The notes beneath the pieces were generated by a model. It was not told where the DNA came from. It made no database searches and was given only the letters and a program-made list of their open reading frames with translations. Positions 1 through 9,083 of a DNA stretch of 64,000 nucleotides are shown piece by piece. Numbering within the stretch: the stretch's first letter is position 1; each line of letters begins with the position of its first letter. The stretch covers positions 576,001 to 640,000 of the forward strand of contig CAWDVE010000019.1 in the NCBI GenBank assembly GCA_963805625.1, read 5' to 3'. The DNA is from an uncultured Candidatus Rokubacteria bacterium. Its GTDB lineage: Bacteria; Methylomirabilota; Methylomirabilia; Rokubacteriales; DASRDR01. Made by a program: the position numbers and the translations under genes.

Positions 1-558
1 GGCGAACACGACCGCGGCAGCTTCGAAGAGAACGCTCCAGGGCAGCCACTCGGCGAGGGTGACCATGCCGCTGCCGATCAGGACCAGCGCCACGCGGTAC
101 GCGGAGGCGCGGACGCCGTTCGCCGCGCCCTGCTCCTCCTGGTTCACCAGCGCGACGGTGTAGGCGTCGATCGCCATGTCCTGGGTGGCCGCGGCGACCG
201 TCAGGACGAGGATCAGGACGATGAGGACGACCAGGCCGCGCGTGGCGTCGGTCATGGGGAGAAGGGCGACGACGAGCGCGACCACGAGCATGGCGCCGGT
301 GACCCAGTCGCGGCGGTCGCCGAAACGCTGGACCAGCGGCGACCAGATGAACTTCAGAGAGAACGGCAGTTCGAGGAGACGGAGCCCGCCGATGGCGCGG
401 AGCGACGTGCCCTGTCGGCGGAGGTAGACGGGCAGCACCTCCCACAGGACGCTCACCGGACTGCCCTCGATGAAGTAGAGGAGCCCCACGATCCCGAGCT
501 TGGATCGCGACGCCTCGGGCAGCCGGCTGGCGCCGAGCAGCGTCCACAGAAGGCGCAT
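1..558 (-). CDS. AmpG-like MFS transporter (5' part; runs off the window edge)
   Basis: Translated by hand: MRLLWTLLG...LYFIEGSPVSVLWEVLPVYLRRQG...LPFSLKFIWSPLVQRFGDRRDW...SATQD-like 'AATQDMAIDAY', which are typical AmpG motifs. ATG 558 lies 7 nt downstream of TACAAT; alternative ATG at 567. Confidence 0.8.
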   Translation of the reverse strand, partial: MRLLWTLLGASRLPEASRSKLGIVGLLYFIEGSPVSVLWEVLPVYLRRQGTSLRAIGGLRLLELPFSLKFIWSPLVQRFGDRRDWVTGAMLVVALVVALLPMTDATRGLVVLIVLILVLTVAAATQDMAIDAYTVALVNQEEQGAANGVRASAYRVALVLIGSGMVTLAEWLPWSVLFEAAAVVFA

Positions 559-630
559 CGCGCGCATTGTACCCGAGCCCAGTTCGTGGGCCGCCGTAGA
601 AGCGCGGGCCCACGCCTGCTCGCGCGGCTG

Positions 631-2589
631 CTAGGCTCCCGGACGCTCCCGAGGGATGTCGAGGACGAACGTCGCGCCGCCGCCCGGTGTGTCCTCGAGG
701 CGGAGGTTCCCTCCGTGCGCCTGCAGGATCTCGCGCGAAACCGCGAGACCCAGGCCCGTGCCCTCGCCGGGCGGCTTCGTGGTGAAGAACCAGTCGAAGA
801 TCTTCGCCTTCACCTCGGCCGGGATGCCGGGCCCATCGTCGATGACCTGGATGTCGACCATCTCCCCGCGCTGGCGGGTGCGCACGGTGAGGTTCCGGCC
901 CTTGTCAGCGGACTCCATTGCCTGCCGCGCGTTCCCCAGGAGGTTCATCAGCACCTGACCGAGGCGGTGCGGGTCGGCCGTGACGCGGGGCAGGTCGGTC
1001 TGGAAGTCCCCGACGAGCTTGATCCCGGCCACGGAGCACTGGGGGCGCTCGAGGTCCATCGTCTGCTTGATCAGGGCATTGAGGTCGACGGCCTCGAACG
1101 TGGGCGGGCGCGGCTTGGTCATGGTCAGGAGCTCGCGCACGAGGCGCTGGGCACGCTGGGCGGCGTGGATGATCTGGCCGGACCGTTCGCGGCTGGTCCC
1201 ATCGGCCTTCGGATCGGACTGGATCATCTGTGCGAGCGTCATCAGCGCCGTGAGCGGGGCATTGATGTCGTGGACCAGCCCGGCCATGCTCTGGCCGATC
1301 GTCGCGAGACGCTCGACCTCCACGAGGTGCGCGCGCGCCTGGCTGACCTGGTCCTGGAGGGCGCCCGCCACCGCGGCCCGATCCTCGCGCGCCAGCGCCA
1401 CCCCGATCTGGCCGGCCAGTCCCGCCAGGACCCGCAGCTCCTCGGGAGGCAGATCGAATCCGGGGTCATCCCACGACAGCGCCAGGAGGCAGCGCGGGCT
1501 GGCCTCGCCGGAGGGGATCGGGAGCACGAGCCACGGCGTGCCCGCGTGGCGGAGCCAGGCCGGCGCACCCGTGAGTGGGATCCCCGCGATCCAGGCGGGC
1601 TGGCCGTGCTCGAGAAGGCGGGTCAGGTCGTCGTTCAGCGGGAGTGTGGTTCCTTCGAGTGCTCCCTGGTCGAGGGGACCGGTGTCCCAGCCCGCGACCG
1701 CGGCGAGTGTGGCACTGTCGGGCGCGGACGCGAGGAACGCCAGCGCCTGGCTGGAGCGGAACGCCGTCGCCAGCCGCGGCATCACGGCTCTGAGCGCCCG
1801 TGCCGGCTCGGCGCCCGTCACGAACGCGTCGACGACAGCCAGCAGCGCCTCGATGGCGCGGGTGCGAGCCTGGGCGCGCTGGAGGAGATTCGCCTGGTCG
1901 ATCGCGAGGGCTGCCGTGCCGGCGAACAGCCGGAGGACGGCGAGGTCGCTCGAGGTGAAGCGGGGCCTATCCGCGAGGCGGTTGGCGTTGAGAACGCCCA
2001 CCACCCGGCCGCCCACCTCGAGCGGGACCGACACGGCCGACTGGATGCGGCCTCCCTTGGGGACGAGGTTCGGGAACCGCGAGAGGTCGTCGCCCTCGCT
2101 CAGCAGCACCGGGCTGCCGGTCTGGGCTACCCAGCCCGCCACGCCTTCGCCCAGGCGCGATCGCTGCTGCCACGTCTCGGCCTCGCCGGCCGGGGTACGC
2201 GTGGAGGATGCGACGCGCAGTTCGTCCCCCTCCACGAGCATCAGCGAGGCCTCGTCGGCGCTCAGCGAGTCGGCGGCGCCGTCGACGACGTGGCGAAACA
2301 GCTCGTCGGGGGTGACCTTGTTCGAGAGGAGGCTGAGCGTGAGCTCCTGGACCCGGAGGATCTCGTCCCACCGCTCGCCACCCTGGCTTCCGGTCCCCGA
2401 CCCTGAGCCCGCGGCCCCTTCGACCTCTGCCGCGGACGGCCGTCCGGCGCCGCGGCTGACCCTGGCGAGCCAGTCCCTCAACCGCTCGATCAACGGGTGA
2501 TTCTGGAGCGCCACCCAGCCTCCATGGTCAGGAGTAACCGCCTTCCCAGGATCCTGCCCCAGTCTACCAGGGGGGCTCGGTTTGTACAT
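631..2589 (-). CDS. Soluble GAF-GAF sensor histidine kinase (NtrB-like)
   Basis: Two GAF-like segments, H-box 'GLVHDINAPL', N-box 'QVLMNLLGNA', G1 'DDGPGI', F/G2 'FFTTK..GEGTGLGL'. The true start may be downstream of 2589. Confidence 0.9.
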   Translation of the reverse strand: MYKPSPPGRLGQDPGKAVTPDHGGWVALQNHPLIERLRDWLARVSRGAGRPSAAEVEGAAGSGSGTGSQGGERWDEILRVQELTLSLLSNKVTPDELFRHVVDGAADSLSADEASLMLVEGDELRVASSTRTPAGEAETWQQRSRLGEGVAGWVAQTGSPVLLSEGDDLSRFPNLVPKGGRIQSAVSVPLEVGGRVVGVLNANRLADRPRFTSSDLAVLRLFAGTAALAIDQANLLQRAQARTRAIEALLAVVDAFVTGAEPARALRAVMPRLATAFRSSQALAFLASAPDSATLAAVAGWDTGPLDQGALEGTTLPLNDDLTRLLEHGQPAWIAGIPLTGAPAWLRHAGTPWLVLPIPSGEASPRCLLALSWDDPGFDLPPEELRVLAGLAGQIGVALAREDRAAVAGALQDQVSQARAHLVEVERLATIGQSMAGLVHDINAPLTALMTLAQMIQSDPKADGTSRERSGQIIHAAQRAQRLVRELLTMTKPRPPTFEAVDLNALIKQTMDLERPQCSVAGIKLVGDFQTDLPRVTADPHRLGQVLMNLLGNARQAMESADKGRNLTVRTRQRGEMVDIQVIDDGPGIPAEVKAKIFDWFFTTKPPGEGTGLGLAVSREILQAHGGNLRLEDTPGGGATFVLDIPRERPGA

Positions 2590-2725
2590 ACTTGGACTTT
2601 GTATGAAATCGCTTGGTGTGCACGGCGGTTCGTGCTACGGTCCAGGCGCTGGCCGGGGTCTCGGTCCTGTCGACCGGAAATGGCTGGCACAGGCACAGCC
2701 GGGGCGCCCGGCAGGGGGAGGAGCG

Positions 2726-3139
2726 ATGCGCACGAGACATCTGATCATCCTGGGGGTGGCCGCGGCCATCGGCATGGGCTGCTCGGCCAACAGTCTGAGG
2801 ACACAGAAGGACGACGGGTTTGCCCACGTGTCCCAGTCGCTGCCCGATGGGGAGTGGATCTACAATCCGTCCCTCCCCACTCTGTCGAAGCTTCCGGACC
2901 CGACGTGGGTGGGGTTCTCCTCGACCCCGAGCGCCTACGGGCACCCGTTCCGCCCGCTCGCGTTTGTCGTTTACCCGTTCGCCGTGGCGTTTGACTGGGC
3001 GGTGGTGAAGCCCCTCTACATGCTCGGTGGGCTGGCGCCCGAGTGGTTCGGTCTCAACTCGGATGACGCCCAGACCTACCAGAGCCACATGCCGGAGCTG
3101 ACCATCTCAAAGGACGCGCCGCGCAACCGCTTCGAGTAG
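2726..3139 (+). CDS. Hypothetical lipoprotein
   Basis: GGAGGAG RBS before ATG 2726; signal peptide MRTRHLIILGVAAAIGMG-C ending in a lipobox-like Cys. Confidence 0.7.
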   Translation: MRTRHLIILGVAAAIGMGCSANSLRTQKDDGFAHVSQSLPDGEWIYNPSLPTLSKLPDPTWVGFSSTPSAYGHPFRPLAFVVYPFAVAFDWAVVKPLYMLGGLAPEWFGLNSDDAQTYQSHMPELTISKDAPRNRFE

Positions 3140-3202
3140 GCGCCCCCCGTCGAGCGAGATTCCGGGAAGGACAGGGAGCCGTTTGCCCACGAGAGGCACC
3201 CT

Positions 3203-3811
3203 CTATTCGCGGCGCTTGTGGGCCTGGAGGCCGCGTTCCCAGAGGTACTCGGGCTCTCCTAGCCGCCGAGCGGTCCATCGCGAGAGCACGAACAGGAGAT
3301 CGCTCAGCCGGTTGACGTAGCGGAGCGGCCACTCCGAGACGGGCTCTCCCCGCGAGAGCCGCAGGATCTCTCGCTCGGCGCGGCGACACACCGTCCGGGC
3401 CTGGTGGAGAAACGCTCCCACCCGGCCGCCTCCCGGGAGCACGAACGACTTGAGCGGCTCGAGCTCCTTCTGGCAGCGGTCGATCAGCTTCTCGAGCTCG
3501 GTCACGTCCGCCGCCCCGACCCGATACATCCCCTCGTAGACGGCGTCCTCGGGCGTCGCCAGCTCCGACCCAAGGTCGAACAGCTGGTTCTGCAGCCGGC
3601 GGAGCGTCTCGTCGAGCCACCGGGGGCCTTCGCCTTCCGCGAGCCGCTCGGCATTGAAGACCCGCGCCAGGCCGAGGATCGCGTTCAGCTCGTCGACCGT
3701 CCCGTAGGCCTCGATCCGGGGCGCGTCCTTCGGCACGCGGCGGCCGCCGACCAGCGCCGTCTGCCCGCGGTCGCCGGTGCGCGTGTAGACGCGCGTGATG
3801 CGGATCGCCAT
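3203..3811 (-). CDS. PduO-type ATP:cob(I)alamin adenosyltransferase
   Basis: Motifs 'VYTRTGDRGQT', 'RIEAYGTVDELN', 'LHQARTVCRRAER', 'YVNRLSDLLFV'; GGAGAGG RBS before ATG 3811. Confidence 0.93.
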   Translation of the reverse strand: MAIRITRVYTRTGDRGQTALVGGRRVPKDAPRIEAYGTVDELNAILGLARVFNAERLAEGEGPRWLDETLRRLQNQLFDLGSELATPEDAVYEGMYRVGAADVTELEKLIDRCQKELEPLKSFVLPGGGRVGAFLHQARTVCRRAEREILRLSRGEPVSEWPLRYVNRLSDLLFVLSRWTARRLGEPEYLWERGLQAHKRRE

Positions 3812-3851
3812 GGCTTCCTCTCCTCCTCGCGTCGACGCTCGGTGGCCTCCA

Positions 3852-3972
3852 CGCATACCGCGTCACCGACGCGACGTCAACGCGCCCGGGTGCACTGGCC
3901 AGTGGATCGACCGCGCCGGTACGGCCGGCCGCCATGGCCGGCTTGACGCCACCCCGCGAGGCTCTCGATACT
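3852..3972. promoter_or_regulatory. Divergent sigma70-like promoters with a central palindrome
   Basis: Minus strand TTGACG(3880-3875)-N17-TATGCG; plus strand TTGACG(3943-3948)-N18-GATACT; perfect palindrome CACTGGCCAGTG at 3893-3904 between them. Confidence 0.5.
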
Positions 3973-4013
3973 AAACGGGCGCCGCGCCGAACCCCATCGG
4001 AGGAGACTCGCGA

Positions 4014-4382
4014 ATGTCGAAGCCCGAGCTCGAGTTCTTCGCGCCCGACCACATTCCCTGGCAGCCCGTCGCCGGCTCGACCACCGGCGGGGCGGGGGGG
4101 CCGGGCGTCGAGCAGAAGATCCTGGCCCTCGATCCGGAGAGCGGAGACGTCACCCGCCTCCTCCGGTTTGCGGCGGGCGTCGAGACCCGGGAGACGATCA
4201 CCCACGACTTCTGGGAGGAGGTCTGGATCCTCGCCGGCGAGCTGATCGACCTCGGGAAGGAGCAGACGTTCACGGCCGGGATGTACGCGTGCCGCCCACC
4301 GGGCATGGTCCACGGACCCTACCGCGTGCCGCGTGGATGCACCACCCTGGAGCTCCGTTACGGGAAGACGACGGCGCGATGA
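4014..4382 (+). CDS. Cupin-domain protein (ChrR-like cupin)
   Basis: 'HDFWEEVWILAG' and 'YACRPPGMVHGP' cupin metal motifs; GGAGG RBS. Confidence 0.85.
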   Translation: MSKPELEFFAPDHIPWQPVAGSTTGGAGGPGVEQKILALDPESGDVTRLLRFAAGVETRETITHDFWEEVWILAGELIDLGKEQTFTAGMYACRPPGMVHGPYRVPRGCTTLELRYGKTTAR

Positions 4383-4426
4383 CGTCGCCATGCTCCGGCT
4401 CGGCCGGGTAAGGGGGATAGGGAGAC

Positions 4427-5434
4427 ATGGCCAAGCTCAGATTCGGCGTGTGGATTCCGACCTACGCGTGGGCGGACGACCCCGGGACCCCCGACAGCGT
4501 CCGGGAGAACGCGGCCAAGGTCCGGGACTCGGTACTCAAGTGCGAGGAGCATGGGATCGACGTCTGGGTGATCGATCATCTCCTCTCGGCGCCCGGGCTC
4601 TACGGCAACGCGTGGCTCGAGCCGCTCAGCGTGCTGTCGTACGCCGCCGCGCTCACCGCGCGCGTCAAGCTGGCGACCGGGATCCTGGTCCTGCCCGTCA
4701 GGCACCCCGTGATGCTCGCGAAAGAGATCTCGACGCTGTGCCATCTCTCGCAGGGCCGCTACCTGTTCGGCGTGGGGCCGGGCTGGTACGCGCGGGAGTA
4801 CGAGGTCACCGGCACTCGGATCGAGGAGCGCGGGAAGCGGACCGACGAGCTCATCGAGGCGGTGCTCCTCCTCCTCTCGCGGCCCAACGCGACCTTCCAC
4901 GGCCGCTACTACCGCTTCGACGACGTGACGATTGACCCGAGACCGCCGGAGCTGCCGGAAGTGTGGGTCTCGGGCGGGTCGCGGATCCCGGATCCCGGAG
5001 AGCACGACGTGCCGAAGCTCGCCACGACCGTGGCCGAGCGGATCGTGCGGGCGGGCAACTGGATCTCGCGATGCTCGGGCAAGCAGGAATGGGTGAAGCG
5101 AGACTGGGAGGACCTGCAGCGCCACGCGGTTCGGATGGGACGTGACCCGAAGGCCCTGGCGTTCGGGCACTGCAACTTCACGCACCTCGTGGAGACGGCG
5201 ACGCACGAGCGGGCGGTCGAGGCGTCCAGGGCGCCGTTCCTGCGCGCGATGGGGACGCATCGGAGCTGGGAGCACTTGCAGGAGTGCTACATGGTGGGCT
5301 CCGTCGACCGGATCAACACGCGCATCGCCGACCTCGTGTCCGCCGGGATGGAGTATATGGTCCTCGGCCCGGTCAGCGACGACCCGAGGCAGATCGACCT
5401 CATCGCCAAGCACGTCATGCCCGCGTTCGCATGA
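4427..5434 (+). CDS. LLM-class flavin-dependent oxidoreductase
   Basis: 'VWVIDHLL', 'KLATGILVLPVRHPVMLAK', 'GVGPGW..EY' motifs. Confidence 0.9.
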   Translation: MAKLRFGVWIPTYAWADDPGTPDSVRENAAKVRDSVLKCEEHGIDVWVIDHLLSAPGLYGNAWLEPLSVLSYAAALTARVKLATGILVLPVRHPVMLAKEISTLCHLSQGRYLFGVGPGWYAREYEVTGTRIEERGKRTDELIEAVLLLLSRPNATFHGRYYRFDDVTIDPRPPELPEVWVSGGSRIPDPGEHDVPKLATTVAERIVRAGNWISRCSGKQEWVKRDWEDLQRHAVRMGRDPKALAFGHCNFTHLVETATHERAVEASRAPFLRAMGTHRSWEHLQECYMVGSVDRINTRIADLVSAGMEYMVLGPVSDDPRQIDLIAKHVMPAFA

Positions 5435-6069
5435 GCGTGCCGGCTGCCGCCCGCACGCCCATCAAGGCGGTGATCTTCGACATCGGCGGGATCCTCGAGC
5501 CGCCGTTCGACGACGTCCTCTTCGCCGACCTGGCGGGGATGTTCGACATGCCGGAGCCGCGGCTGCGGCAGCACCGCGCGGCGGAGGCCATCACTCTCAG
5601 CGAGGGCCGGATGACGCTCTGGGAGTTCTACGCGCGGGTCGCCCCCGACAGTGGGCGGCTCGTGGACCCGGACGCGGCCGTCGCGCGGCACCTCACGGTC
5701 TACGGGGCGGCAACGGCCCGCCTCGACGCACGCGTGCTCGGGCTGATCCAGGAGCTCAGGCGGCGGCATCTCGTCGCGTGCCTCACGAACACCGAGGTGG
5801 AGGTCGGGCGGTTCAACCGGGAGCGCGGCCTGTTCGCCCCCTTCGACCGGGCGTTCCTGTCCACCGAGCTCGGCCTTCACAAGCCGGGCCGCGCCATCTT
5901 CGAGCGCGTCCTGGCCGAGCTCGGCTGTGCGCCGTCGGAGGCCGTGTTCACCGACGACAAGCTGGAGAATGCCGCGGGGGCTCGCGCGGCCGGCATGCAC
6001 GCGATCCACTACCAGGATTTCGAGGGCTTCTCGAGGGAGCTCGCGGAGCTGGTGAAACCGGGAGCCTGA
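5431..6069 (+). CDS. HAD-superfamily phosphatase (YihX-like)
   Basis: Motif I 'IFDIGG', 'LTNT', 'KP...IF', 'FTDDKLEN'; ATGA overlap with the LLM stop codon. Confidence 0.88.
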   Translation: MSVPAAARTPIKAVIFDIGGILEPPFDDVLFADLAGMFDMPEPRLRQHRAAEAITLSEGRMTLWEFYARVAPDSGRLVDPDAAVARHLTVYGAATARLDARVLGLIQELRRRHLVACLTNTEVEVGRFNRERGLFAPFDRAFLSTELGLHKPGRAIFERVLAELGCAPSEAVFTDDKLENAAGARAAGMHAIHYQDFEGFSRELAELVKPGA

Positions 6070-6073
6070 GCCG

Positions 6074-8416
6074 ATGGGGGCGAAGTACGTCGGAGCCGAG
6101 GTCCGCCGCCGCGAGGACCCGCGCCTCCTGATCGGGCGGGGGTGCTACGTCGACGACCTCCGCCCGTCCGCTTGCCTCCACGCCGCGATCCTCCGGAGTC
6201 CGCACGCCCACGCGCGGATCCGGGGGATCGGCGTCGATCGCGCACGCACCCACCCCGCGGTGATCGGTTGCTTCACGTATGCGGACCTGGTTCCGCCGCT
6301 CCGGCCGCTCCCCCTCGCCGGTGCGCCCCCGCCGTCGCTCCAGGCTCGCGTCGGCTTCCGCCTGAAGACGGCCGCGCAACTCGCGCTCGCCCACGAGAGG
6401 GTCCGCTACGTCGGCGAGCCGGTGGCGGTGATCGTCGCCACCGACCCGTACGCGGCGGAGGACGCGCTCGACCTGATCGAAGTCGACTACGAGCCGCTCC
6501 CGGCCGTCGTCGACGTCGAGACAGGGCTCGCCCCCGACGCGCCCCTCCTCCACCAGGACTGGGGCGACAACGTGGGCGTCGCCTTCAAGGTGCGGATCGG
6601 GGATCCGGAGCGCGCGCTGGCGGACGCGTCGGTGCGCGTGGGCGCCCGGATTCGCGTGCCCCGCTACGCAGGGATGCCGATGGAGCCCCGTGGAATTCTC
6701 GCCGAGCCCGCCGCGCGCGGTGGGGGCCTGACCGTGTGGGCCTCCACCCAGGTGCCGCACTGGCTCCAGCGCACGCTCTGCGAGATGCTCGATCTTCCGG
6801 CGCACAAGCTGCGCGTCGTCGCGCCCGAGGTCGGTGGCGGCTTCGGGACGAAGGCTTCGATCTACCAGGAGGACGTCCTGATCCCCGTGATCGCGACGCG
6901 CCTCGACCGTCCCGTGAAGTGGATCGAGACCCGACGGGAGCATCTTCAGAGCGCGACCCACTCGCGGGAGCAGCTTCACGACGCCGAGCTCGGCGCGACC
7001 CGTGACGGCCTGATCGTGGCGTTTCGGGACCGCTTCCTGCTGGATCTGGGCGCGTATAACCCCTGGGGCATCGTCCAGCCGTACAACACCGTTGGCCACA
7101 TCCTGGGCCCGCACCGGATCAGGAACGCGGCGTTCGACGGCCAAGCCGTCGTGACCAACAAGACGCCCCACGCGCCGTATCGCGGGGCCGGGCGGCCCGA
7201 GGCCGTCTTCGTGATGGACCGTCTGCTCGACATGCTCGCCCGCGAGGTGGGACTCGATCCAGGGGAGCTTCGCCGGCGGAACCTGGTCAGGCCGGACGAG
7301 ATGCCCTACGACGTGGGGATGCTGTACCGCGACGGGAACCCCCTCGTGTACGACGGGGGCGACTTTCCCGACGGGTTAGCCCGGGCGCTCCGGGCGGCCG
7401 ACTACGACGGCCTGCGCGCCGTGCAGGCCGGGCTCCGGGCGCGGGGGATCTATCGGGGCGTGGGCATCTCCTCGTACGTCGAGGGCACCGGGGTCGGACC
7501 GTACGAGGGCGCGACCGTGCGACTCGACGCCTCGGGCAAGGTGCTGGTCGCGACCGGCGCGTGCTCGCAGGGGCAGGGGCACGAGACCGTTTACGCCCAG
7601 ATCGCGGCGGATGTGCTCGGCGTCGGTCTCGAGGACATCACGGTGATCGGCGGCGACACGGACGCGATCCCGTTCGGCATCGGGACGTTCGCGAGCCGCA
7701 GCACGGTCCTCGCGGGGAACGCCGTGGCGGCTTCGGGGGCGACCGTCCGGGCCAAGCTCGTCCGGGCCGCGGCCCGGCTTCTCGAGGCCGCCGAGGCCGA
7801 TCTCGAGGTGGAGGATGGCCGCGTGTTCGTCCGCGGCAGCCCGGGCCGCGCGCTCACCTTCGCGAGCATCGTGCGCGGGAGCCTGCCGACGTTCCAGGCC
7901 CTGGGAGCCGTCGACCCCGACTTCGAGGCGACCACGTACCAGGGTGTGCCCACCGTGACCTACGCGAGCGCGGTCCACGTGGCGGTGGTCGAGGTCGATC
8001 CCGAGACGGGCCGCATGCGCCTCCTCCGCTACGTGGTCGCCCACGACTGCGGCCGCGTGATCAACCCGATGCTCGTGGACGGGCAGATCCACGGCGGGGT
8101 CGCCCAGGGGATCGGCGGTGGCCTCGGCGAGGAGATCGTCTACGACTCGGCGGGGCAGCTGCTCACCGGCTCCCTGATGGACTACGCCGTACCGCGGGCC
8201 GACGAGCTACCGTTCATCGAGACGGTCCACCTCGAGCATCCCTCGCCGCGCAACCGGCTCGAGGTCAAGGGCGTCGGGGAAGGGGGCGCCATCTCACCGC
8301 CGGCGGCCCTCGCCAATGCCATCGAGGACGCCCTGGCGCCGTTCGGCGTGCGCATCACCGAGGGCCCGGTCACCCCGGCCCGGATCGTCGCGCTTCTGAA
8401 CGGGGTCAGACTTTGA
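6074..8416 (+). CDS. Xanthine dehydrogenase/CoxL-family molybdopterin-binding large subunit (form II-like)
   Basis: 'VRRREDPRLL.G.G.YVDD', 'GGGFG', active-site loop 'PYRGAGR', 'QGQGHET', 'GQIHGG..QG', 'KGVGE'. Confidence 0.93.
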   Translation: MGAKYVGAEVRRREDPRLLIGRGCYVDDLRPSACLHAAILRSPHAHARIRGIGVDRARTHPAVIGCFTYADLVPPLRPLPLAGAPPPSLQARVGFRLKTAAQLALAHERVRYVGEPVAVIVATDPYAAEDALDLIEVDYEPLPAVVDVETGLAPDAPLLHQDWGDNVGVAFKVRIGDPERALADASVRVGARIRVPRYAGMPMEPRGILAEPAARGGGLTVWASTQVPHWLQRTLCEMLDLPAHKLRVVAPEVGGGFGTKASIYQEDVLIPVIATRLDRPVKWIETRREHLQSATHSREQLHDAELGATRDGLIVAFRDRFLLDLGAYNPWGIVQPYNTVGHILGPHRIRNAAFDGQAVVTNKTPHAPYRGAGRPEAVFVMDRLLDMLAREVGLDPGELRRRNLVRPDEMPYDVGMLYRDGNPLVYDGGDFPDGLARALRAADYDGLRAVQAGLRARGIYRGVGISSYVEGTGVGPYEGATVRLDASGKVLVATGACSQGQGHETVYAQIAADVLGVGLEDITVIGGDTDAIPFGIGTFASRSTVLAGNAVAASGATVRAKLVRAAARLLEAAEADLEVEDGRVFVRGSPGRALTFASIVRGSLPTFQALGAVDPDFEATTYQGVPTVTYASAVHVAVVEVDPETGRMRLLRYVVAHDCGRVINPMLVDGQIHGGVAQGIGGGLGEEIVYDSAGQLLTGSLMDYAVPRADELPFIETVHLEHPSPRNRLEVKGVGEGGAISPPAALANAIEDALAPFGVRITEGPVTPARIVALLNGVRL

Positions 8417-8506
8417 CTTCCCGACATTTCCTCTTCCGGAATCAGATCGTGCTTCCGGACCACTCAGCGGAAAAATGTCGGGGAATGAAAGTCTGACCCC
8501 ATTCAG
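8396..8506. repeat. Palindromic REP/MITE-like element between convergent genes
   Basis: Imperfect terminal inverted repeats CTGAAcGGGGTCAGACTTTgactTCCCGACATTT ... AAATGTCGGGgaatgAAAGTCTGACCCCaTTCAG, an internal TCCGGAA/TTCCGGA stem, and lower GC than its flanks. Confidence 0.75.
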
Positions 8507-8959
8507 GGCTTGATGCCCAGCAGGCGGGCGTCGCCGCTCAGCCTGAGCTCGATGCGGAGGCGCACGGTGCCCGGGCTGCGATCGTTCCCGAAGAGGTAGG
8601 AGTAGAAGCCGGGGGCGTCGGGCGCGCAGCGAACCGTCGCGCGGGCTGCCGCCCCCTGGGCGAGGACAACGAAGGTCGCCGGCGACTCCTCCACCGGATG
8701 GGAATGGAGGTTCCAGGTCACCTCGCCGCCCTCCGCCGTGACCTCGGCCACCGCCTCCGCGCCGGCGGCGAGCCGGAGATCGATCTCGGCCCACATCCCG
8801 GGATAGAGCGTCCACGAGAAGACCATGCTTCGCGGCGCGTCCGGCGTGCCCGCCGAGGTCTGCGCGAGCACCGGCCCGCCGCCGGGGCCCGCCGCCACCG
8901 CGGGGCTGCCGGTCGCCGCCAGGGGCGGCGAGGATCGACGCCAGGAAGGGCAGCCGCAC
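8503..8959 (-). pseudogene. Exported beta-rich hypothetical protein with an apparent +1 frameshift in its signal peptide (or a sequencing error)
   Basis: ORF 8503-8898 contains 'WNLHSH' and 'GFYSYLFGN'. Removing one base from the G run at 8922-8925 joins it to GTG 8959, giving the signal peptide MRLPFLASILAALAATGSPAVAA. Confidence 0.5.
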
Positions 8960-9083
8960 CGCGCCAGCTTGCCAGCGATCCCCGGGCGCCGCTACCATGT
9001 GTTGGCGGCCCTCGGGGGCGTGGGCGGACAGACCGGCATTCCCGGTCGGACGGCTTCCGGCGGCTCGAAGGGAGCAACACCTC

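Noticed and set aside
6074-8416. Aerobic CO dehydrogenase (form I coxL)
   Set aside because: The active-site loop is PYRGAGR rather than AYxCSFR, and coxMS/coxDEFG are absent.
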